Shown piece by piece: positions 26,175 to 38,442 of a stretch of 64,000 nt of DNA (within the stretch, counting starts at the first letter, position 1; every line of letters starts with the position of its first letter). The notes below the pieces were generated by a model. That model was not told the origin of the DNA. It did no database searches and saw only the letters and a list, made by a program, of their open reading frames with translations. The translations under genes and the position numbers were made by a program. Source of the DNA: an uncultured delta proteobacterium (GTDB lineage Bacteria; Myxococcota; Myxococcia; Myxococcales; Anaeromyxobacteraceae); contig CAWFDF010000008.1 in assembly GCA_963814585.1 (NCBI GenBank), forward strand, positions 64,001 to 128,000, written 5' to 3'.

Positions 26175-26990
26175 CTACTCGACCGGTTTGAGAAGGCGGT
26201 CGAGGCGCACGCCCTGGCCGTCCGTCGCGCCGGGCCACCACCCTCCCGGCCCCCACCCCCACGCCACCAGCGCCACCCGGCCGACCACGTCCTCGACCGG
26301 CACCTGCCACTCGCCGTCGCGGCCGTCGCTGGAGCGGTCACGGTTGTCGCCGAGCACGAAGAGGAAGCCCCTCCCGACCGGCCCGAAGGGTCCCTCGTTC
26401 CGGCCGGGCCGGACCCGGCGGCACTGGAGGAGCTCGTGCCCCATGGCCCCGGAGCGCGTCGCCCGGGCCCAGGCCTCGGCCTGGGCCTCGGGCCCGTCGT
26501 CGATGGAGCCGGCCAGCGGCCCGAGCGCCAGCATCTCGCGGAAGGCGCGGCAGGTGTCGAAGCGGAGCGAGCCGGTCTCCCCGTCCCGCTCCGGGTAGGT
26601 GCGCTCGCCGACCGCCAGGCGGGGCTGCGCCACGCCCTCCACGAAGAGCTGCTGCTCGCGCAGCTCGATCACGTCGCCCTCCACGCCGATCACCCGCCGG
26701 ACCAGCAGCCGGGAGCGGTCGCGCGGGTCCCTGAAGACCACCACGTCGCCGCGCCGCGGGACCGCCAGCGGCACCACGGTGTGGTCGGTGAAGGGGGCCT
26801 TGAGGCCGTAGGCCAGCCTCGAGACCATCACCACGTCGCCGTCGAGGAGCGTCGGCGCCATCGAGCCTCCCGGGACGGCGAACGGCTCGGCCACCGATCC
26901 TCGCAGCAGCAGGACCACCGTCGCCGCCGCCACCGAGGGCCAGAGCAGGTCGCGCCACCAGGGGCCGGGACGGGCCGATCCCCCCGGCAC
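26175..26990 (-). CDS. lepB: Signal peptidase I family protein (catalytic Lys position is Arg)
   Basis: PGGSMAPTLLDGD, RGDVVVF, LVRRVIGVEGD, FVLGDNRDRSSDGR; follows lepA; GTG start approximate. Confidence 0.88.
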   Translation of the reverse strand: MPGGSARPGPWWRDLLWPSVAAATVVLLLRGSVAEPFAVPGGSMAPTLLDGDVVMVSRLAYGLKAPFTDHTVVPLAVPRRGDVVVFRDPRDRSRLLVRRVIGVEGDVIELREQQLFVEGVAQPRLAVGERTYPERDGETGSLRFDTCRAFREMLALGPLAGSIDDGPEAQAEAWARATRSGAMGHELLQCRRVRPGRNEGPFGPVGRGFLFVLGDNRDRSSDGRDGEWQVPVEDVVGRVALVAWGWGPGGWWPGATDGQGVRLDRLLKPVE

Positions 26991-26995
26991 GCCGG

Positions 26996-28801
26996 TCAGT
27001 CCTCGACCTTGAGGACCGCCAGGAAGGCCGACTGCGGAATCTCCACGCTCCCCACCTGCTTCATCCGCTTCTTGCCCTCCTTCTGCTTCTCCAGGAGCTT
27101 GCGCTTGCGGGAGATGTCGCCGCCGTAGCACTTGGCGATGACGTTCTTCCGGAAGGCCTTCACCGTCTCCCGGGCGATCACCTTGGCGCCGATGGCGGCC
27201 TGGATGGCCACCTCGTACATCTGCTTGGGGATCTCCTCCTTGAGCTTCTGGCAGACGTCGCGGCCGCGGTGGTAGGCGTTCTCGCGGTGGACGATGATGC
27301 TGAGGGCGTCGACCGGCTCGCCGTTGATGAGGATGTCCAGCTTGACCAGGTCGGCCTCGTCGTAGCCGCGGAGCTCGTAGTCGAGGCTGGCGTAGCCGCG
27401 GCTGATGCTCTTCAGGCGGTCGAAGAAGTCGAAGACCACCTCGGCCAGCGGGATGTCGTAGGTGATCTGCACGCGCGTGGTGCCGACGTACCGCATGTCC
27501 TTCTGCACGCCGCGCCGGTCCTGGCAGAGCTTGAGGATGTTGCCGACGTCCTCGGTCCGGGCGTGGATGTGGCAGGTGAGGATCGGCTCCTCGAGCCTGG
27601 CGATCCGCTGCACCGGCGGCAGCTTGGCCGGGTTGTCGATCTCCTCGACCTTCCCGGTGGTGTCGGTGACCCGGTAGACCACCGACGGCGCGGTGGTGAT
27701 GAGCGACAGGTTGTACTCGCGCTCCAGTCGCTCCTGGACGATCTCCATGTGGAGCAGGCCCAGGTACCCGCAGCGGTAGCCGAAGCCGAGCGCCTGCGAG
27801 GTCTCCGCCTCGTAGGTGAAGGCCGAGTCGTTGAGCTTGAGCTTGTCGAGCGCGTCGCGCAGCTGCTCGTAGTCGGCGGCGTCGATGGGGAAGACGCCGC
27901 TGAAGACCATGGGCTTCACCACCTTGAAGCCCGGGAACGGGGCCGCCACCGGGCGGTCCTGCTCGGTGATGGTGTCGCCCACCTTGGCGTCGTGCACGTC
28001 CTTGACGTTCGCGACGCAGACCCCCACCTCCCCGGCCATGAGCGAGGGCACGGCGGCGGCGAAAGGCGTGAAGACGCCCAGCTCCTGGACCTCGAACTCC
28101 TTCTTGTTGGACCAGAGGACGATCTTCTGCCTGGGCTTCAGCGTCCCCTCGAAGACCCGGACCAGCATCACCACGCCGCGGTAGCTGTCGTACCAGGAGT
28201 CGAAGATGATGGCCTTGAGCGGCGCCGCCGGATCGCCCGACGGTGGCGGCACCAGGTGCACCACCTGCTCGAGGATCTCGCGGATGCCGATCCCCTCCTT
28301 GGCAGAGCACGGCACGGCGGTGGAGGCGTCGAGCCCGATCACCTCCTCGATCTCGCGTCGCACCGCCTCGACGTCGGCGCTGGGCAGGTCGATCTTGTTG
28401 ATGACCGGGATGATGGCGAGGTCGTGGTCGAGGGCCTGGTAGACGTTGGCCAGGGTCTGGGCCTCGACCCCCTGGGTGGCGTCGACCACCAGCACCGCCC
28501 CCTCGCAGGCGGCCAGGGAGCGCGAGACCTCGTAGGCGAAGTCGACGTGGCCGGGAGTGTCGATGAGGTTGAGCTGGTAGGTCCGGCCGTCGAGCGCGGT
28601 GTAGCGCATCCGGACCGTCTGGGCCTTGATGGTGATGCCGCGCTCGCGCTCCAGCTCCATGTTGTCGAGGAACTGGGCCTGGGCCTCGCGCTTGGTCACG
28701 GTCCCGGTCACGTCGAGCAGGCGATCGGCCAGCGTGGACTTGCCGTGATCGATGTGCGCGATGATGGAGAAGTTGCGGATGTGCGCGTTCTGCTCGGCCA
28801 T
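26996..28801 (-). CDS. lepA: Elongation factor 4 (LepA)
   Basis: [46 protein letters not shown]. Confidence 0.99.
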   Translation of the reverse strand: MAEQNAHIRNFSIIAHIDHGKSTLADRLLDVTGTVTKREAQAQFLDNMELERERGITIKAQTVRMRYTALDGRTYQLNLIDTPGHVDFAYEVSRSLAACEGAVLVVDATQGVEAQTLANVYQALDHDLAIIPVINKIDLPSADVEAVRREIEEVIGLDASTAVPCSAKEGIGIREILEQVVHLVPPPSGDPAAPLKAIIFDSWYDSYRGVVMLVRVFEGTLKPRQKIVLWSNKKEFEVQELGVFTPFAAAVPSLMAGEVGVCVANVKDVHDAKVGDTITEQDRPVAAPFPGFKVVKPMVFSGVFPIDAADYEQLRDALDKLKLNDSAFTYEAETSQALGFGYRCGYLGLLHMEIVQERLEREYNLSLITTAPSVVYRVTDTTGKVEEIDNPAKLPPVQRIARLEEPILTCHIHARTEDVGNILKLCQDRRGVQKDMRYVGTTRVQITYDIPLAEVVFDFFDRLKSISRGYASLDYELRGYDEADLVKLDILINGEPVDALSIIVHRENAYHRGRDVCQKLKEEIPKQMYEVAIQAAIGAKVIARETVKAFRKNVIAKCYGGDISRKRKLLEKQKEGKKRMKQVGSVEIPQSAFLAVLKVED

Positions 28802-28932
28802 GTGGGAGCGGGCTTGTAGCACGCGCGGGGCCGCTCAGGCCACGCCGCCGGATCCGATTCCGAGGGTCTCGCCGCGGCTGTCAAGGACTCTCTGCTGTCT
28901 CCCTGGGACCCATACGGGTACTTGCCGGGAAC

Positions 28933-28980
28933 TCCCTGTATCTTGTGGTGAATTACATTGTCCCACACAATAGGTGGTGG
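28933..28980. promoter_or_regulatory. Tandem NrdR boxes
   Basis: tcCCTgTATcTTGtgg (28933-48) and acaCAATAggTgGtgg (28965-80) resemble consensus acaCwAtATaTwGtgt, 32 bp apart, upstream of an RNR gene. Confidence 0.85.
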
Positions 28981-28988
28981 TCTCTTCG

Positions 28989-29016
28989 TTGACACCCGCC
29001 TACCGCTTGCTACATT
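28989..29016 (+). promoter_or_regulatory. sigma70 promoter of nrdJ
   Basis: TTGACA-N16-TACATT with extended -10 TG, immediately downstream of the NrdR boxes. Confidence 0.7.
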
Positions 29017-29239
29017 GACCTTCCGCTGAGGTGTGGCGGGAAGCACGGAGGAGCGGGCGGCGGGTCGGGCGGCGGGCTCCCAGGGCGGGCACCCTTCGTT
29101 GTCAGACCACCAAGCTAATCCCCCGGTTCATCGACGCGAGCCGGCCGGGGGGGAGTCGTCGACGCGCGCATGGCATCCCCGCGCGTGAACGGGAACGGTC
29201 TTGCCTGGAGCGTGAGCTCCCGGGCGGAGGTACGGAGAG

Positions 29240-32006
<2,767 letters not shown>

Positions 32007-32072
32007 CCGCGACGAGGCCGGCTTCTGGTGGCCTCGCCGCAAGGTTCGAGAAGCAACTGCTGCATGTAGACA

Positions 32073-32109
32073 GGCCCGCATCCCTTCCCGGGGTGCGGGT
32101 CTTTCCTTT
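32073..32109 (+). terminator. Rho-independent terminator after nrdJ
   Basis: GGCCCGCATCCC-ttccc-GGGGTGCGGGTC followed by TTTCCTTT. Confidence 0.75.
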
Positions 32110-32297
32110 GGCGCAGTGGTTGCGGGCACGGTACACCGCGCCTTCCCTCTCGGCGGCGCCTGCGTGCGGGCTGGAGGATGCGCCGAGCCGCCGGGCCTGA
32201 GGCGGGCGGCGGCGTGCGGAGCGAGGCTCGGGGGTGGAGGTCCCGAGATGCTCCTCGAGTCTTGTGCTGGCGCCACCAGAAACCGGCGCCAGCACGA

Positions 32298-35200
32298 TCA
32301 ATGGAAGTTCCTGGCCCGCTCCCCCACCGTGGGCGCGAAGGCCAGCGGGGCCAGGGCGTCCACCCGCACGTTGACCACCCGCCCGTTCCGCTCCAGCCGG
32401 CCCCTCGCCAGCAGGAACGGCGAGCCGCGCACCACCGGCCGGTACCGCTCGTAGACGTCCGGCATGACCACCAGGTTGGCGATGCCGGTCTCGTCCTCCA
32501 GCGAGACGAAGACGATGCCGTGGGCGGTCTCCGGCCGCTGCCGCACGATCACCAGCCCGGCCACCTCCACCGGCGCGCGGTCGTCGAGACGGCCGAGCTC
32601 GCTGGCGGTCCGCACCCGGCCGCCCGCCAGCGTGGGGCGGACCAGGGCCATGGGGTGCCCGCGCACCGAGAGGCCGGTGGTGGCGTAGTCCCCCTGCACC
32701 AGCTCGGCGGCGCCGGCCGGCTCGAGCCGCGCCTCCGGCTCGGCCGGCGCCAGCCCGGCGAACAGGTCGCCCGTGTCCGGCTGCGCCGGCTGGGCCATGG
32801 TCTTCCAGACCGCCTCGCGCCGCTCCGGCTCCAGACCCTTCAGCGTCCCGGCCTCGGCCAGCCGCGTGGCCCAGGCGCGCGAGAGCCCGGCGCGCAGGCA
32901 GAGCGCCGCCACCGAGCCGAAGGCGCCATCCCGTCGCGCCGCCACCACCGCCTCGCCCACCTCGCGCGGCAGCCCCTGCACCAGGTGGAGCCCGAGCCGG
33001 ACGACCGGCGGCTCCCCCGGCGCCGGAGGCCGCCCCGGCGCCAGCCCCTCCAGCGAGGTCTCCCAGCCGCTCCAGTCCACGTCGACGCCTCGCACCTCCA
33101 CCCCATGCCGCTTGGCGTCCTCGACCAGCGTGTGGGGCGCGTAGAAGCCCATGGGCTGGCTGTTGACGAGCGCGGCGGCGAAGATCGCCGGGTGGTAGCA
33201 CTTCAGCCAGGCCGAGGCGTAGACCAGCAGCGCGAACGACGCGGCGTGCGACTCGGGGAAGCCGTAGCCTGCGAAGCCGAGCAGGTGCGTGAAGATCTTC
33301 TCGGCGTCGGCAGCGGGGATGCGCCGCTCGGCCATGCCGTCCAGCAGCCGCGCCTTCATGGCCGCCAGCCGCTGGTGCGAGCGCCGGTGGGTCATGACCC
33401 GCCGCAGCTCGTCGGCCTCGCCCGGCGTGAACCCGGCCGCCACCACGGCCAGCCGCATGGCCTGCTCCTGGAAGAGCGGGATGCCGAGGGTGCGTGCCAG
33501 CACCGCCTCGAGCGGCGGGTACGGGTAGGTCACCGGCTCCCGCCCATCGCGCCGGCGCAGGAACGGATGGACCATGCCGCCCTGGATCGGCCCGGGCCGG
33601 ATGATGGCCACCGAGATGACCAGGTCGTAGAAGCAGCGCGGCTGGAGCCGCGGCAGGAGTCCCATCTGCGCCCGCGACTCGATCTGGAAGACGCCGACGG
33701 TGTCGGCGCGGCTGGCCATGTCGTAGACCGCCGGATCCTCGGCCGGGATGGTGGCGAGCGAGTCGGGCCAGGGCACCGGCGTCGGGTGGGCCGGCGCCGG
33801 CCGGTGGCGCGCCAGCAGGTCGAGGGCGCGAGACAGGGCGGTGAGCATCCCCAGGGCCAGCAGGTCGACCTTGAGCAGGTCGAGCGCCGCCAGGTCGTCC
33901 TTGTCCCACTGGACGATGGTCCGGCCCGGCATGGCCGCCGGCTCGATGGGGACGGTCTCGGCGAGCGGCCTCCGGGTGATGACGAAGCCGCCGACGTGGA
34001 TGGAGAGGTGGCGCGGGAAGCCCTGCAGCTCGCCGGCCAGCGCCAGCACCTGCCTCACCCGCGGGGCCTGGCCGGGATCGAGCCCGGCCTGCGCCAGCGT
34101 GGCGTCGGTGATGGCAGCCGGGTCCTCGTGGTGCGAGACCGCCTTGGTGAGCCGGTCCACCTGTGAGAGCGAGAGGCCGAGCGCCTTGCCGACGTCGCGC
34201 AGCGCCGAGCGGGTCCGGTAGGTGATCACCTCGCAGACCATCCCGGCGTGGGCCCGTCCGTACCGCTCGTAGACGTACTGCAGCACCTCCTCGCGCCGCT
34301 CGTGCTCGAAGTCGACGTCGATGTCGGGCGGCTCGCCCCGCTCCGCCGAGATGAACCGCTCGAAGAGCAGCCCCATCCGGACCGGGTCGATGGAGGTGAC
34401 CCCGAGCACGTAGCAGACGGCCGAGTTGGCGGCGCTCCCCCGCCCCTGGCAGAGGATGCCGCGCTCCCGCGCGAACCGGACCACGTCCCAGACCGTGAGG
34501 AAGTAGCTGGCGTAGCCGAGCCGATCGACCAGGGCCAGCTCCTTCTCGAGCTGCCGCGCCACGTCGGCCGGCGGCTCGCCGCCGTAGCGCCAGCGCGCCC
34601 CCTCCCGCACCAGGGTGCGCAAGAGCGCCATGCCGGTGAGCGGCTCGTCGGTCGGGGCTGGGGACGCGACCGGGATCGCGAATGGGGTCGTGGCCGCGGC
34701 AGTGGTCGTGGCAATGGTCGTGGCCGCGGCAATGGCCGCGATCGATGCCGTGGCAGTGGGTGCGATCGAGGCCGGGGCCGCAGCCGGGATAACCCCCGCC
34801 CCGACCCCCGCCCCGCGCGTGGTCCGCAGCCGGGTGACCCGCTGCGGCGCCACCGCCCGCTCCGCCTGCGCCGGGCTCGAGGTCGAGACCGCGGCCCCCG
34901 CCGCCAGCGTGGCGGTGTCGACCCGCACCGGCGGCAGCGGGTGCTCGCCGCGGATCTCCTCCATGCGGAACCGGCACCGCGCCGCGATCTCCACCGCGGT
35001 CTCCAGCCCCTCCGGGAAGTCGGCCCAGAGCCTGGCCATCTCCTCCGGTCCCTTGAGCGTCCGCTCGGCGTTGGGGGCGAGCCGGCGGCCGGCCCTGTCC
35101 ACCGTGGTCCCGAGCCGGACGCAGGTGAGCACGTCCTGCAGCACCTGCCGGCGCCGCTCGTGGGTCTCCACGTCGTTCACCACCGCCACCGGGATGGCGA

Positions 35201-35750
35201 GCCGCTCCCCGATGGCGCGGGAGGCCGCCACCCGCGCCTCGTCGCCGGCCACGTGGTGGCGCGCCACCGTCAGCGCCAGCCGGCGGCCGAAGAGCTCGCG
35301 CAGCTGGGCGGCCGCCTCGCCGTCGTGGCCGCCGTAGAGCGCGAAGAGGCCGCCGGCCCGCTCCCCCAGCAGCCGCTGCGCCACCCGCACCGCCTCGGGC
35401 TCGCGCCGCCCCGCCGCCGCGGCCACCGGATCGCCGCCGTGGGCCGCGGTGATGAGCCGGCAGAGGTTGGCGTACCCGTCGCGGTCGAGCGCCAGCAAGG
35501 TCAGCCAGCCGGGCCGGCCGCGCCCGAGATCGGCCACCGCCAGCTCGGCGCCGACGAGGAGCGGAAAGCCGAGCCGCTTCGCCTCGACGTGAGCGCGGAC
35601 GATCCCCTGGAGCCCGTTCCGGTCGGAGAGGGCCAGCGCCTGCAGGCCGAGCTCGGCGGCGCGCGCCACCAGCTCCTCGGGGTGGCTCGCCCCCTCCAGG
35701 AAGGAGAAGCAGGAGCGGCAGCGCAGCTCGGCGTAGCGTGGCGTCGCCAT
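32298..35750 (-). CDS. dnaE2: Error-prone DNA polymerase DnaE2 (ImuC)
   Basis: YAELRCRSCFSFLEGASHPEEL, GRGSAANS, PPDIDVDFEH, FQIESRAQ, YGFPESHAASFA, QRPETA, C-terminal RARNFH. Confidence 0.97.
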   Translation of the reverse strand: MATPRYAELRCRSCFSFLEGASHPEELVARAAELGLQALALSDRNGLQGIVRAHVEAKRLGFPLLVGAELAVADLGRGRPGWLTLLALDRDGYANLCRLITAAHGGDPVAAAAGRREPEAVRVAQRLLGERAGGLFALYGGHDGEAAAQLRELFGRRLALTVARHHVAGDEARVAASRAIGERLAIPVAVVNDVETHERRRQVLQDVLTCVRLGTTVDRAGRRLAPNAERTLKGPEEMARLWADFPEGLETAVEIAARCRFRMEEIRGEHPLPPVRVDTATLAAGAAVSTSSPAQAERAVAPQRVTRLRTTRGAGVGAGVIPAAAPASIAPTATASIAAIAAATTIATTTAAATTPFAIPVASPAPTDEPLTGMALLRTLVREGARWRYGGEPPADVARQLEKELALVDRLGYASYFLTVWDVVRFARERGILCQGRGSAANSAVCYVLGVTSIDPVRMGLLFERFISAERGEPPDIDVDFEHERREEVLQYVYERYGRAHAGMVCEVITYRTRSALRDVGKALGLSLSQVDRLTKAVSHHEDPAAITDATLAQAGLDPGQAPRVRQVLALAGELQGFPRHLSIHVGGFVITRRPLAETVPIEPAAMPGRTIVQWDKDDLAALDLLKVDLLALGMLTALSRALDLLARHRPAPAHPTPVPWPDSLATIPAEDPAVYDMASRADTVGVFQIESRAQMGLLPRLQPRCFYDLVISVAIIRPGPIQGGMVHPFLRRRDGREPVTYPYPPLEAVLARTLGIPLFQEQAMRLAVVAAGFTPGEADELRRVMTHRRSHQRLAAMKARLLDGMAERRIPAADAEKIFTHLLGFAGYGFPESHAASFALLVYASAWLKCYHPAIFAAALVNSQPMGFYAPHTLVEDAKRHGVEVRGVDVDWSGWETSLEGLAPGRPPAPGEPPVVRLGLHLVQGLPREVGEAVVAARRDGAFGSVAALCLRAGLSRAWATRLAEAGTLKGLEPERREAVWKTMAQPAQPDTGDLFAGLAPAEPEARLEPAGAAELVQGDYATTGLSVRGHPMALVRPTLAGGRVRTASELGRLDDRAPVEVAGLVIVRQRPETAHGIVFVSLEDETGIANLVVMPDVYERYRPVVRGSPFLLARGRLERNGRVVNVRVDALAPLAFAPTVGERARNFH

Positions 35751-37447
35751 CAGTCGAAGAAGCCGTGGAGGTGGAGCCGGCCATCGGCCCCGTCCCGGTA
35801 GATCCAGCAGTCGCCCAGCCCCTCGATGCGGGCCCGGTAGTAGTCGCGATCGAAGGGGGCGCTCCACCACTCGCCGCGCAGTCGCTCCGGCCCCTCGAAG
35901 GAGAGGACCGCGTGCACCTCGGCCCCGAGCCGCACCGCGCTCACCCGTCCACCCTCGCCGGTGGCCACCAGCGGACGAGGCTCGCCGAGCAGCCGGGTCG
36001 GCCGTGGCGCCGGCTCCTCCGCGGCCGGCCTCTCCGGCGCATCCGCGCCACGCCGCGCCGCCGCCTCCGCATGCCGCCGCGCCAGCGCCCCGGGCTGCCG
36101 CGCCTCCAAGCCGGACTGCCGCGCCAGCGCCCCGGGCTGCCGCGCCTCCAAGCCGGACTGCCGCGCCAGCGCCCCGGGCTGCCGCGCCCCGGCCCGGAAC
36201 GGCACCGGGCGCCAGGCTGCCTCGGGCCGCCAGCGCGCCACCGGCTCGGCGGCCACCACCGCGCCGTCCCCGAGCCGCCCGGAGAGCCGGGCCAGGACCG
36301 TCTCCAGCGCCGCCTGCGCCTCGGGCCGGTCGCCCAGCGCCAGCTGCGCCTCGCGAACCACCGCCACCTCGACCGCGGCCAGCTTCACGCCGACCACCGC
36401 CCCGGGCAGCCGCAGCGCCAGCACCCGCTCCCGCCAGGCCAGCAGCCAGCGCGCCCCCACCGCCGAGGGCTGCGCCAGCGGGATGCTGAGCCGCTCCTCG
36501 CCGCGCGGGTCGAGCAGGAGCGTCACGGTGAGCCGGCTGGCTCCGAGCCCGCGCCCGCAGAGCCGCGCCGCCACCCGATTGGCCAGCCGCTTGAGCACGA
36601 AGAGCACCGGCTCGGCCCCGTCGGCCGGCCCCTCCAGCTCGATGGCCTCCTCGGGGAGCGTCTGGGGGAGGTACGGGATGAGCGGCGTGGGGTCGTCGCC
36701 GCGGGCCAGCCGCGCCGCCGCCGCGCCGGCCGGCCCGAAGCGGAGCGCCAGCCCCTCGGGCGGCAGCCGGGCCAGCTCCCCGACGCACGCCACGCCGACC
36801 GCGCCCAGCTTCGCCACCACCACCGGCCCGAGCCCGAGCGCCTCGAGCGGAAGCGGCGCCAGCGCCCGCGCCTCCTCGCCCGGCGGCACCAGCATCACCT
36901 CCGCGCCGGACGCCGCCTCCATGCCGTGCCGGGCCAGCGCCAGCGCCGGCCCGCGCCCGCAGGCCACCGCCGCCCGGACCGTGAAGCCGAGCTCTCCGGC
37001 CAGCGCCCGGGCCTGGCTCGCCAGCCGCCGCTCCGGCTCCGGCCCCGGCTCGCGGCCGCACAGCAGGTGGGCGGCGCTGGCGTCGAGCAGCAGCGCGTCG
37101 GGGCCGACCACCTCCACCGCCGGAGCCACCGCCAGCAGCGCCTCGGCCAGGGCGCGCAGCGCGGCCAGATCCGCGGCGGGCGCGTGCTTCACGGCCTGGA
37201 GCCGGCCGCAGGCGGCCAGCGCCTCGGCCAGCGTGTCGCCGGGCCGGACCCCCGCCGCAAGCGCCGTGGTCGAGCAGCAGAGCACCCGCCCCTCATCCAC
37301 CACCGCCACCGGCCGGTCGCCGATCGCCTCTCCCTCCTCCCGACCGCGCGCCAGCCGCTGGATTGGCAGCCCAGGCACGCAGAGCGCCAGCAGGCGGGGG
37401 CCGGCCGGCGGGCCATCGAGTGCGAGGGTGGAGGCTGCGCGTGGCAT
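35750..37447 (-). CDS. imuB: ImuB Y-family polymerase-like accessory protein
   Basis: ALAAGVRPGDTLAEA, DALLLD, LAPLPLEAL, AQLAL clamp-motif-like, GPERLRGEWW...RDYY...WIYRD...LHGFFD; overlaps dnaE2 start. Confidence 0.93.
   Translation of the reverse strand: MPRAASTLALDGPPAGPRLLALCVPGLPIQRLARGREEGEAIGDRPVAVVDEGRVLCCSTTALAAGVRPGDTLAEALAACGRLQAVKHAPAADLAALRALAEALLAVAPAVEVVGPDALLLDASAAHLLCGREPGPEPERRLASQARALAGELGFTVRAAVACGRGPALALARHGMEAASGAEVMLVPPGEEARALAPLPLEALGLGPVVVAKLGAVGVACVGELARLPPEGLALRFGPAGAAAARLARGDDPTPLIPYLPQTLPEEAIELEGPADGAEPVLFVLKRLANRVAARLCGRGLGASRLTVTLLLDPRGEERLSIPLAQPSAVGARWLLAWRERVLALRLPGAVVGVKLAAVEVAVVREAQLALGDRPEAQAALETVLARLSGRLGDGAVVAAEPVARWRPEAAWRPVPFRAGARQPGALARQSGLEARQPGALARQSGLEARQPGALARRHAEAAARRGADAPERPAAEEPAPRPTRLLGEPRPLVATGEGGRVSAVRLGAEVHAVLSFEGPERLRGEWWSAPFDRDYYRARIEGLGDCWIYRDGADGRLHLHGFFD
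36076..36188. repeat. 42-bp perfect tandem repeat, about 2.7 copies, in frame in imuB
   Basis: gccgcgccagcgccccgggctgccgcgcctccaagccggact; encodes (ARQPGALARQSGLE)n. Confidence 0.95.
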
Positions 37448-37508
37448 GGACCGGCTCCGGACCGACGAGGCTACTGCTCGTTCGTTCAGTTATCAAGCCG
37501 GTCTGACA
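37443..37508 (-). promoter_or_regulatory. SOS promoter copy A (imuB-dnaE2) with LexA box at 37474-37489
   Basis: Minus strand TTGATA-N17-TAGCCT; the spacer contains CTGCTCGTTCGTTCAG, close to the Myxococcus LexA consensus CTRHAMRYBYGTTCAGS. Confidence 0.85.
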
Positions 37509-37562
37509 GTCTCCTTGGGGCGCGCGCGCGGGCGCCTTCAGTAACCCAAACGCGGTCCCTCC

Positions 37563-37592
37563 TTCGCGAGTTCTGACGTCAGAACTCGCGAA
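37563..37592. repeat. Perfect 30-bp palindrome
   Basis: TTCGCGAGTTCTGAC|GTCAGAACTCGCGAA. Confidence 0.95.
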
Positions 37593-37653
37593 TGGGGGAG
37601 GCCGGGGACTCTAACGAGGGAGGTCGAGTCGGCCTGAAGCCAGGACAGTTTCA

Positions 37654-37671
37654 AGTCCAGACGTCTGGACT
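37654..37671. repeat. Perfect 18-bp palindrome
   Basis: AGTCCAGAC|GTCTGGACT. Confidence 0.95.
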
Positions 37672-37742
37672 CCAGGACGACCGCCCTGAAATGCCGGCCC
37701 CGCACCGCGCCCCGTCCCGAGGTCGCCACCCAGAGGTCGGGG

Positions 37743-37775
37743 TGGACAGCATAGCTATGTCAGAGGTATGCTGTC
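37743..37775 (+). promoter_or_regulatory. TA promoter with overlapping inverted-repeat operator
   Basis: TGGACA-N18-TATGCT; GACAGCATA-N13-TATGCTGTC inverted repeat plus internal CATAGCTATG palindrome. Confidence 0.65.
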
Positions 37776-37778
37776 GCC

Positions 37779-38102
37779 GTGAAGCTGGCCGCTGATCAGG
37801 AGACTGCCGCCTGGCTGGCGACCAGGCCGGCGATGCCGTGGGACGCCGGCAACAGCACCAAGAGCGCGGCGAAGCACGGGTTCCACGTCGCGGATGTGGG
37901 GTCGCTCCTGGCCGGGGCGGTGCTGTTCGCAGGTCGAATCGTCGAGCCGGCGCACGAGGAGGCGAGGTACCTGCTCCTCGGCGTCGCCTCGGACGGTCGG
38001 CACACTGCGCTGGTCTTCGCCCGGCGTGCCGATCTGCTGCGGCCGATCAGCTGCCGCGCGATGAGGAAGAAGGAAAAGGAGGCCCACGATGAAGCGACGT
38101 AG
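37779..38102 (+). CDS. brnT: BrnT-family ribonuclease toxin (DUF497)
   Basis: WDAGNSTKSAAKHG, HEEARYLLLG, VFARRADLLRPISCRAMRKKE. Confidence 0.85.
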   Translation: MKLAADQETAAWLATRPAMPWDAGNSTKSAAKHGFHVADVGSLLAGAVLFAGRIVEPAHEEARYLLLGVASDGRHTALVFARRADLLRPISCRAMRKKEKEAHDEAT

Positions 38103-38355
38103 CACCAAGAAGCCGAAGATGAAGAACGCCGCCAGCGGGCGGGATGCGACGCTGCGCTCGTTCGAGGAGCGGGACCTTGGCGACGACATCAAGGCGGCGG
38201 GGACGGCCGTCGTCGTTCGTCCCCAGCGGCCCACGTCGATCCTGCTCAGCGACGAGCTGAAGGCCCAGCTTCGCCGGCGCGGTGCGGAGCTGGGGGTTGG
38301 CTACCAGACGGCCGCCAAGATGATCCTCTCCAGGTACGTCAACGCCAAGCTGTAG
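38089..38355 (+). CDS. BrnA/CopG-like ribbon-helix-helix antitoxin
   Basis: PTSILLSDELKAQLRRRGAELGVGYQTAAKMIL; overlaps toxin 3' end. Confidence 0.8.
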   Translation: MKRRSTKKPKMKNAASGRDATLRSFEERDLGDDIKAAGTAVVVRPQRPTSILLSDELKAQLRRRGAELGVGYQTAAKMILSRYVNAKL

Positions 38356-38442
38356 CTTGGTAGATGATGTCCGCCACCGCGCCCCGCGCCCCGCGCCCGT
38401 CGCGCCCGGACGGCGGCATCTCACCCAGCTTGAGCCGCCGAT

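Noticed and set aside
34640..34930. Intein in DnaE2
   Set aside because: No Cys/Ser start, His-Asn end or endonuclease motifs; low-complexity sequence only
36076..36188. CRISPR array
   Set aside because: Contiguous repeats without spacers, in frame in a CDS, and no cas genes
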